From an uncultured Bacteroidales bacterium (GTDB taxonomy: Bacteria > Bacteroidota > Bacteroidia > Bacteroidales > FEN-979), in the NCBI GenBank assembly GCA_903903985.1, contig CAIVAT010000006.1, positions 18,635-82,634 of the forward strand: a DNA stretch of 64,000 nucleotides, given 5' to 3'. How positions within the stretch are numbered: the stretch's first letter is position 1; every line of letters starts with the position of its first letter. Below are positions 10,339 to 17,155 of the stretch, in pieces. The position numbers and the translations under genes were made by a program. The notes below the pieces were generated by a model. That model was given only the letters and a program-made list of their open reading frames with translations. It was not told the DNA's origin and did not search any database.

Positions 10339-12006
10339 TTAATTTTTTATCAAAGGTAACGTAACTGAAATGGTCGTACCATGCCCAAGTTCAGATTTGA
10401 CGAGTATTTTCCCTTTGTGGTTCTGAACAATTCCATGAACAATGGCCAGCCCTAATCCGATGCCGCTGGCATCCTGTTTTGTCGAAAAGAATGGTTCAAA
10501 AATGTGCGGAATATCTTCCGCGGCAATACCCAGTCCGTTATCAATAATTTCAAAGTTAACTGTTTCATCATCATTATTTTTGGTCTTGATCTGGATCTCC
10601 CCGTTTTCAAGTACCGCTTCGGAGGCATTTACGATCATTGCCACACATGCCTGCTTGATCTGGTTCGGGCTGCAGTATATCAGATCGGACCTGGCAGAAA
10701 GATCTGCAATGAAACTGATATTGGCAATTTTTATCGGATGGATCATCAAATCATAGGTATCCTGGAGTATGTCATGCAGATGCCTGGGCTCAAAATCATC
10801 CTGATCTTTTCTTGAAAAATCCAGCAGGCTTTTAACGATGTCTCCGCACCGTTTTGTTTCATTTTCTATCAGCTTTAAATGTTTGAGCATCGAATCCTTT
10901 TTAGCATCGTTCAATTCGGGGTTGCTCAATTGCTTATAGAGTAGTTTTGTGTAAATCAGGATTCCCGACAAGGGGTTATTGATCTCGTGGGCAACGGAAG
11001 AGGATAACTTTCCAAGCGAGGCCAGCCTCTCCACATGCATCAGTTCATTTTGCGCTGCACCCAATTCCTCCGACTTTTTCTGAACTTTGTATTCAAGTTG
11101 CTGCGACCAGTTTTCCAGCTCGTTCGTTGCTGCTTCAAGGTTATCAAGCATTTCATTGAATGCTTTGGAAACCATCCTCATATCGTCCAGCTGATTGGGC
11201 TTAATTTCAACCCGGGTGCTTTTATCTCCGTTGGCAACAGCAATGCTCGCTTTGATCAATGCGTTTAAGGGGTCTTTGATGCGCCTTCTCGTAAATAAAA
11301 TTAAAAATGAAAAAAGAAACAATGTAATGAAAATGGCAAGTAAATAAAATTCGATGGACGACTTTTTTACAGCCCTATCGAGCTCTTCCAGGGGAATTTT
11401 AATGATCAGTGAACCAAGCACTACATCAGTTGCCTTATGTGCATGACATGAACTGGCATAGCACGACTTTTCATTCAGGATAGGCGATCGGATCAACAGG
11501 TGCCGGCTCCGGTTATCATTTTGAATCATCTTGCAATCACTGTTTACATCGATGATTTTATAGGAAGTGTTTTTGCCGGGAAACATTGACCTGATGTTGG
11601 CATGGCAGCTGATACAATTGGGGTTGCTGTGGCTGCGGCTTGTATCAGAGGCAATGGATGAATAAACCAGGTAATCTTCATTATCATACATGTTCACTTC
11701 GTCGATTCCCGGCAGGGTGTTGATAATATCAAGCGTGAACTGGAGTGAACTTTTATTGTTCTCCAGCATGGAATGATACAACGCGCCCTCAACGATGGAG
11801 CCGATGTTGCTGCCACTCTGCCGGATGACCGTATTCAGGTACTGCTCATTGACCGATCTGAAGATGATGCTGAAGGATACAAAAAGGAAAACAGATAAAA
11901 TAGTGATCGCCAATACAACACGGCCATAAATCGAAGATCGGAATTTAACATACTTTTTATAAATTCCATTCCCATTGCTGTTCGGTTGTTTTTTCCTTAA
12001 AAACAT
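10339..12006 (-). CDS. Sensor histidine kinase (2 TM, periplasmic domain with CxxCH and Cx4CH motifs, HAMP, HisKA, HATPase_c)
   Basis: TM helices at about aa 28-50 and 219-238. CISCH at aa 131-135 and CYASSCH at aa 182-188 lie between them. H-box SSVAHEINNPL. C-terminal G-boxes DNGLGI and GIGLGLAIV. Confidence 0.9.
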   Translation of the reverse strand: MFLRKKQPNSNGNGIYKKYVKFRSSIYGRVVLAITILSVFLFVSFSIIFRSVNEQYLNTVIRQSGSNIGSIVEGALYHSMLENNKSSLQFTLDIINTLPGIDEVNMYDNEDYLVYSSIASDTSRSHSNPNCISCHANIRSMFPGKNTSYKIIDVNSDCKMIQNDNRSRHLLIRSPILNEKSCYASSCHAHKATDVVLGSLIIKIPLEELDRAVKKSSIEFYLLAIFITLFLFSFLILFTRRRIKDPLNALIKASIAVANGDKSTRVEIKPNQLDDMRMVSKAFNEMLDNLEAATNELENWSQQLEYKVQKKSEELGAAQNELMHVERLASLGKLSSSVAHEINNPLSGILIYTKLLYKQLSNPELNDAKKDSMLKHLKLIENETKRCGDIVKSLLDFSRKDQDDFEPRHLHDILQDTYDLMIHPIKIANISFIADLSARSDLIYCSPNQIKQACVAMIVNASEAVLENGEIQIKTKNNDDETVNFEIIDNGLGIAAEDIPHIFEPFFSTKQDASGIGLGLAIVHGIVQNHKGKILVKSELGHGTTISVTLPLIKN

Positions 12007-12074
12007 GGCATCACATTGTTTGGAATATGAACTAAATACTGAGGATCAACAAGTAACTTTTGATTGCAAATTAC

Positions 12075-12099
12075 AAAAAAACTGGTGGAAATACACCAG
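12075..12099 (-). terminator. Candidate intrinsic terminator closing the NrfCD/GcvH-like unit
   Basis: Minus strand reads ctggtg-tatttc-caccag followed by TTTTTTT. It lies between the stop at 12277 and the kinase start at 12006. Confidence 0.5.
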
Positions 12100-12276
12100 T
12101 TTTAAATTTATATTTTCAGGTCGGATGTCCGATATATATGGTAAGGTGAATTGCAATATTTGTCCCTGGTGCACTTAGAGCTTGTTTCGCTAACATTGTG
12201 GTTCAATGATTTAACTTATTGCCACCAATGGACGCAAAATTTTTTATAAATGGCACAAAGACTTTTCAACCTTCTG

Positions 12277-13005
12277 TCACACGGGCAAACGATAGAGGTT
12301 TAAAAATTCTTTCTGGAAATCCTTCCATATTTCCTCGGGCAAGGATGCCAGTGTGTGATCGGATAATTCGCCTCCATCCTGCAAAACAACCATGGATGTT
12401 TCCGGTGAGCAGGATTTCATGGTCGTTGCCAGGAAATCCTTGAATCGGAGTAGTTCATTGGCAGACCAGTTTGTTGCATCATCGGCAAAATAACATGATT
12501 TTATCTCCGCGATCCAGTTGGTGGGTTTAATCTTATAAATCCATCCTTTGCCATATGGATCTTCATTCAGCACTTCAGTGCGTTCACTCAGCAGGGAGTT
12601 CGTACTCAGGATTTTCCCTGAAACTGGTGAGAAAATGCTGAGCAATTTGCCGTTCTGATCTATTTCAGTCAGCAATTCCCCTTTGCTGATCATCTCACCG
12701 GGCTTTTTAAGGCTGGTGAATTTCACCTCTCCGGTAATATGCAGTAAAAGATCATCAAGCCCGATTGCAGCGGCTCCTGACTTTTCCATATACATCCACG
12801 TGTGGTTGTTGCTGTAAAACAATCCCTGCGGAATTTTCAGCATGCTGGCTGAAAGGATACCCAGTGCTTTTTGAATCCGGGTGCCAATTTTTACCTGTTT
12901 GTTCAATGCGATCGAAAAAGGGACCAGCAAGGCCAGGAAAGCGATGATAATGAGATATTCCAACCCCTTGGTTGCGAAAATATCGTAATAACTGAATCCG
13001 TCCAT
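12277..13005 (-). CDS. N-terminally membrane-anchored GcvH-fold (glycine-cleavage H-like) protein with a conserved C-terminal extension
   Basis: One TM helix (LEYLIIIAFLALLVPFSIAL) followed by a K/R-rich stretch. HTWMYMEK..AAIGLDD...PVSGKI...EDPYGKGWIYKIKP aligns by eye with the E. coli GcvH pattern HEW...VGIT...PVSGEI...PYAGGWIFKIK. Confidence 0.8.
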   Translation of the reverse strand: MDGFSYYDIFATKGLEYLIIIAFLALLVPFSIALNKQVKIGTRIQKALGILSASMLKIPQGLFYSNNHTWMYMEKSGAAAIGLDDLLLHITGEVKFTSLKKPGEMISKGELLTEIDQNGKLLSIFSPVSGKILSTNSLLSERTEVLNEDPYGKGWIYKIKPTNWIAEIKSCYFADDATNWSANELLRFKDFLATTMKSCSPETSMVVLQDGGELSDHTLASLPEEIWKDFQKEFLNLYRLPV

Positions 13006-13013
13006 AATTTTAT

Positions 13014-14240
13014 TTATTTGTTTTCATTAACCCATGATGGTGAATCACGCAATACTGGCATGCGTTGAATGACCCACCTGAAAATCCATATTTCTGTAAA
13101 TATCACGGCCAGGGTAACGGTAAATTCCATCCATGACGGAACATATCGAATGGCCATATCCCACCTGAACCCGATAACCGTGACATTTAACCTGTTTAAA
13201 ATGACGCCTGCCATGGTGATGATGGCTGCAATTTTAATTAGTTTAATATTATTGGTCCTGTAACTGATGAAGAACAGGATCATTGGAAAAAGGACAAACC
13301 CGAGCATTTCAAGCAGGAACCAATACCCCATCGGGGTGTTGAGAAGATCCCAGTTTTGCCCGTGAATAAAGACAAGCAATTGAAGGAAAAAATAAGCAAA
13401 CATGGCACCTGCACAGATCTTGGATAACCCGCGTATGATGTCTTTCTGTGCCTGATGATTTTTTTCACTGATCTGCGCGAAAAAAACCTTGTGGCTGATG
13501 GATCCTTCAAAAATGACCATGGATAACCCGGCGAAAATACTGGATACCAAAAACATGATTGGAATAAATTCCGAATACCACAGCGGATGTATCTTATCTT
13601 TGGCCATGAGGTAAAGCGCACCCAATCCCGATTGATGAAGGGTCGACAGGGTGATTCCAAAAATAACAGCAGCAATGGTCATCCCTGAAAGGATTTTTCG
13701 GGCTCGTCTTGCCCCAAGCCATTCTGCCACAGCTGGTGAAAATTCAATCAATTCGGCAATCATGTATAAAAGAAAATGCCACGCCACCAGGAAAAGAACA
13801 GAACTGGTACCAAAACCGTTCCCGATAATAGGGTTGATCACATGCCATGGCCGCCCCAGATCGAGAAGGAGCGCCCCGGCATAGAACACATAGGCGAGAA
13901 AACCATTCAAAACGGTAACTCTGACGATTGAATGGTACTTGCGCATATTCAGAATATAAACCATGAACGTAAGTACATAGGCCCCGCCGGCAAAAGCTAC
14001 TCCGGTGACCACATCGAAACCAATCCATAATCCCCACGGGATCTCCTGCGTCAGGTTTGTAATAGAGCCGATTCCCTTCCAGAAACGGATGATAATTAAC
14101 ACCAATCCCAAAAGCATGACCGGAATCGAAATAATGTTAAAAGGCGTCAGCCACTTTCCTTTGGGCCTGAATTCGCTTACCAGGAATTTCCACATGGAAT
14201 TCCCATCGCGGTCACCGATGATCTGAGGACTGTTACTCAT
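13014..14240 (-). CDS. NrfD/PsrC/HybB-family polytopic membrane (quinone-interacting) subunit
   Basis: About 10 hydrophobic helices and the position directly after an NrfC-like Fe-S gene. I prefer the start ATG at 14240 (MSNSPQ), which overlaps the upstream stop by 8 nt, to the ORF-track extension to 14315. Confidence 0.8.
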   Translation of the reverse strand: MSNSPQIIGDRDGNSMWKFLVSEFRPKGKWLTPFNIISIPVMLLGLVLIIIRFWKGIGSITNLTQEIPWGLWIGFDVVTGVAFAGGAYVLTFMVYILNMRKYHSIVRVTVLNGFLAYVFYAGALLLDLGRPWHVINPIIGNGFGTSSVLFLVAWHFLLYMIAELIEFSPAVAEWLGARRARKILSGMTIAAVIFGITLSTLHQSGLGALYLMAKDKIHPLWYSEFIPIMFLVSSIFAGLSMVIFEGSISHKVFFAQISEKNHQAQKDIIRGLSKICAGAMFAYFFLQLLVFIHGQNWDLLNTPMGYWFLLEMLGFVLFPMILFFISYRTNNIKLIKIAAIITMAGVILNRLNVTVIGFRWDMAIRYVPSWMEFTVTLAVIFTEIWIFRWVIQRMPVLRDSPSWVNENK

Positions 14241-15099
14241 CTTCTTTCTCTTCGTTAAGGTGACTGTCTTTTGTGGATTGATGGATTCCCAGTAACAATG
14301 CCGGTACAAGCACAAATACGGAAGGAACGGTGTAGAGAAATCCTTTTGTCAGTGCGGGGTAAGAAGACTGCTGAAGGTTTGTATTCATCCCCAATTCTTC
14401 AAAAGGAACCGGCGAAAGGTACAACCATCCCGTACCACCCGCGGCATGTTCTCCATAGATTTGATCGACATACAACCCTGGCTTTTCTGAAATTCTGCGA
14501 TGTCCTTCTTTGATCAGGTCCCTGCGCTTTCCATATAGCAGTGCTTCATTGGGGCAATTGAAGGCACAGGCAGGGCTTTCTCCGGTTTTCAGCCTTTCAA
14601 AGCACATGTCGCATTTTTGAATTTTCGGGTTTGCACTGTGAAATTCAAATTTCGGCATGTCCCAGGGGCAGGAAACCATGCAGTAACGGCATCCCATGCA
14701 TTTATTGCCATCCCAGGTAACCGGTCCCATTTTTGTTTTATGCATGGCTTGCGTTAAACATGCAGCGACACAGGCCGGTTCATTGCAATGCATGCATTGC
14801 CGTTTTATAAAAACTTCCCCTTTAGATGTTTTATACTTGTTAACAACGGTGTTACAGGTTTCATCTGTTTTACGCACGGCTGCGATCTTATTTGAGGGCA
14901 GAGGTTCCGGTAAATGATGCGCCTCCTCGCAGTCATATTCACATCCACGGCAACCCTTGCAACGGGTTGAATCGTAAAGGATGCCGTAGAATTCCACATC
15001 ATTTTTGCCTTTGGAAGCGGCAATCGTATCTTTCCCAATGGCCAGTGTCATCCCAGTGACGCCCAACACTTTTAAAAAGCCTCTTCGGTTAAGTCCCAT
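14233..15099 (-). CDS. Tat-exported 4x[4Fe-4S] ferredoxin-type subunit (NrfC/HybA/DmsB family) with a C-terminal TM anchor
   Basis: Twin-arginine signal NRRGFLKVLG. Four Cys groups: CKGCRGCEYDC, CMHCNEPACVAAC, CMGCRYCMVSCP and CDMC...CAFNCP. C-terminal helix LYTVPSVFVLVPALLLGI, as in HybA. Confidence 0.88.
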   Translation of the reverse strand: MGLNRRGFLKVLGVTGMTLAIGKDTIAASKGKNDVEFYGILYDSTRCKGCRGCEYDCEEAHHLPEPLPSNKIAAVRKTDETCNTVVNKYKTSKGEVFIKRQCMHCNEPACVAACLTQAMHKTKMGPVTWDGNKCMGCRYCMVSCPWDMPKFEFHSANPKIQKCDMCFERLKTGESPACAFNCPNEALLYGKRRDLIKEGHRRISEKPGLYVDQIYGEHAAGGTGWLYLSPVPFEELGMNTNLQQSSYPALTKGFLYTVPSVFVLVPALLLGIHQSTKDSHLNEEKEDE

Positions 15100-15120
15100 G
15101 ATTCAACATTTTTTATATAA

Positions 15121-15200
15121 AACCACCTCTCCCGAACCCTATCGTCTAAGAAAGGGAATACTCCCGTCTCCCATGGGAGACGGGGTTGGGGGATGAGATA
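15121..15200. repeat. REP-like intergenic element, family D copy 1
   Basis: agggaatactcccgtctccc-at-gggagacggggttgggggatgag shares its flanks and a hairpin with the copies at 34421-34496 and 53560-53735. Confidence 0.8.
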
Positions 15201-15203
15201 AAG

Positions 15204-16901
15204 TTATCTTGCGTTGTCAATAAATTTTGTCTGAAAATCTTCCCAAACCTCAGGTCCCAGATCTGCAAGCAAGTTGTCTTTCAATACACCACCATCCTGG
15301 AGCACAACAGTGGCAAATTCAGGAGTGGTGATCTTTGCCATAAAGGATGCCAGGAAATCTTTTAGCCTTGAAAATTCTCCTTTTAACCAGGTTGTATATT
15401 TTTCAGACATATTAAGAAATTGGATTTCACGCATCCAGTTTGCAGGCTCGATCGTGTATACCCAGCCATCCGTATAAGGTGCGGAGTTAAGGAATGTGGA
15501 ATTGGTAACCACCGCTTTATTATGCGTGGTAATCGTACCGGATACAGGAGCGTAAACCTTCAATTGCTTTCCTTTCTGAACCAGGGTGAGCAACCAATCT
15601 CCTTTTTTTATCTTGTCTCCGGCATTTTTCAATTCGATTCGTGTGATGGGGCCTGTTACATGCTGAAGGAAATCATCGATGCCAATTTTCACCAGGCCAT
15701 CCTTTTCCATGAAAGCCCAGGTATGGGTTTTATCAAAATATAAGCCCTTCGGGATTTTCACGGAATTTTCATCAAACGCAGCAGTAAAATGGGTAGGAAT
15801 AGGAGCGGCAGCCCCTTTATTCTTTCTGGTTTGCCTGTAAGCCTGCATCATGATAACACCAATTACCCCTAATGCGATTAAAACTAAAAGCAATATCCTG
15901 GTATTGGCGTAAGATTTATTTTCCGTGGGGGTTAAATAAATTGCAGAACCATTGATTTTAGCAAGTTGTGTTTCTCGTTCATTGTTAACAAGATCACAAT
16001 ATCCATTCATGCTCAAATACTGTTGTCCATCAGCGAGTACCCAATTCAGGAATGACACTGCCGTTGCATTTATCGGTTTTGCGGGAGAGATAGAATAAAT
16101 ATTGCCAGAGAGGGCTTTGGGATATTTTCCAATCCAGACTCCCCGGGAGAAATCCTTGAGGTTGTCATAAATATTTTCCATATAATCAATCTTCCTGTTG
16201 CCATTTTTATCAATCGGTAGAAGTTGAATATTTTCGCCAAAACATTGTTTATGAACATCAACAATATCAACCAGTTTGCAAAAGCCAATTGCATCCGGAT
16301 CATTTTGCACAGCTGAGATCATTTCTTTACTGGTCGTTAATTTTATTCCTGGAAATTTACCCTGGCTGGTTTTCAGAAAATGTTCCACAGCAGACCCAAC
16401 AGATGCCTCATCCGTGTAATATAAATGCAATGGACGATCATGGCCGGCTCCAAGGACCATTTCCCAATTTTGTTTATCCGGATTGTTAAATATTCTTGAT
16501 AAATCTTCTGTTGCAACCCCCTTCCGGTTGATTTCATCCAGAAAAGGATTTTTTGAATTTATTATGGGTACGGTCACGTCGCGGCCTACAATTATTGTCC
16601 AGAGGGATTGATTGTCAATTGCTGTAATTGATTCACCCGTGACAAATCCAACTTCAGCATTGTTGGCCGACATATCGGACATATTGATAACCGGAGATTT
16701 AATCACATTGATTTTCAAGCCCGGGTTCAATTTAGAATATTCACTGGCTAACCTTTGGGTCAGATTATATAAATCCGGTGAGGACAGCACATTCATTGAA
16801 CCATTCTGGGAGAGACGGCTATCAGTTAATGTTTTATTACTGATTGCAATACTGCAATTTAGCAGTAAAAATCCGATAATTAAAAAGATCCAGGTTTTCA
16901 T
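15204..16901 (-). CDS. Fusion protein: periplasmic PstS/PBP-like-2 substrate-binding domain, one TM helix, then a cytoplasmic GcvH-fold domain
   Basis: Signal/lipobox-like N-terminus. PBP-like blocks (IFNNPDKQNWEMVLG...PLHLYYTDEASVGSAVEHFL...AIGFCKL). TM helix ILLLVLIALGVIGVIMM followed by RQTRKNK. Then HTWAFMEK..VKIGIDD...APVSGTI...PYTDGWVYTIEP. Confidence 0.8.
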   Translation of the reverse strand: MKTWIFLIIGFLLLNCSIAISNKTLTDSRLSQNGSMNVLSSPDLYNLTQRLASEYSKLNPGLKINVIKSPVINMSDMSANNAEVGFVTGESITAIDNQSLWTIIVGRDVTVPIINSKNPFLDEINRKGVATEDLSRIFNNPDKQNWEMVLGAGHDRPLHLYYTDEASVGSAVEHFLKTSQGKFPGIKLTTSKEMISAVQNDPDAIGFCKLVDIVDVHKQCFGENIQLLPIDKNGNRKIDYMENIYDNLKDFSRGVWIGKYPKALSGNIYSISPAKPINATAVSFLNWVLADGQQYLSMNGYCDLVNNERETQLAKINGSAIYLTPTENKSYANTRILLLVLIALGVIGVIMMQAYRQTRKNKGAAAPIPTHFTAAFDENSVKIPKGLYFDKTHTWAFMEKDGLVKIGIDDFLQHVTGPITRIELKNAGDKIKKGDWLLTLVQKGKQLKVYAPVSGTITTHNKAVVTNSTFLNSAPYTDGWVYTIEPANWMREIQFLNMSEKYTTWLKGEFSRLKDFLASFMAKITTPEFATVVLQDGGVLKDNLLADLGPEVWEDFQTKFIDNAR

Positions 16902-16936
16902 TTTTTTTCAAATTATTTTGATGATGACACTTGCTG

Positions 16937-16952
16937 TTCAATTATAGTGCCA
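16937..16952 (-). promoter_or_regulatory. Candidate sigma-54 (-24/-12) promoter for the PBP-GcvH/NrfCD unit
   Basis: Minus strand reads TGGCAC-TATAA-TTGAA about 36 nt upstream of the ATG at 16901. The -24 box is perfect, but the -12 box is TTGA rather than TTGC. Confidence 0.4.
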
Positions 16953-17008
16953 AACCATAATTCAATGCTTAAATAGCATATAATCAATGTTATATAGAAT
17001 TAGTGTGG

Positions 17009-17058
17009 AAAAAATAAGCAAATGAAAGTGCTGATATTTTCAACACTTCCATTTGCTT
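17009..17058 (-). terminator. Intrinsic terminator after the choice-of-anchor-L gene
   Basis: Imperfect ~14-bp stem (aagcaaatgaaagtg / cacttccatttgctt) followed on the minus strand by a TTTTTT tract. Confidence 0.55.
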
Positions 17059-17155
17059 GTGAATCTAATAAACAGATTATTAGGAGTTTAACGATGGTGT
17101 AAATATTTTATACACCTGTTGAATTATTCAACATATTCTCTGTCTCAACTAAAAA

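Noticed and set aside
12219-12443. 74-aa plus-strand ORF spanning the intergenic region and the 3' end of the GcvH-like gene
   Set aside because: It overlaps a well-supported minus-strand CDS and has no motifs.
14241-14315. N-terminal extensions offered by the ORF track (NrfD to 14315, lipoprotein to 40126, KS to 58707, kinase to 32467, ABC exporter from 716)
   Set aside because: The extensions overlap upstream genes, or add non-homologous residues before a canonical start (MSNSPQ, the lipobox MKCLRY, MSRVVITGMG, MKTGDDD, MEVQKK). I preferred the internal ATG starts.
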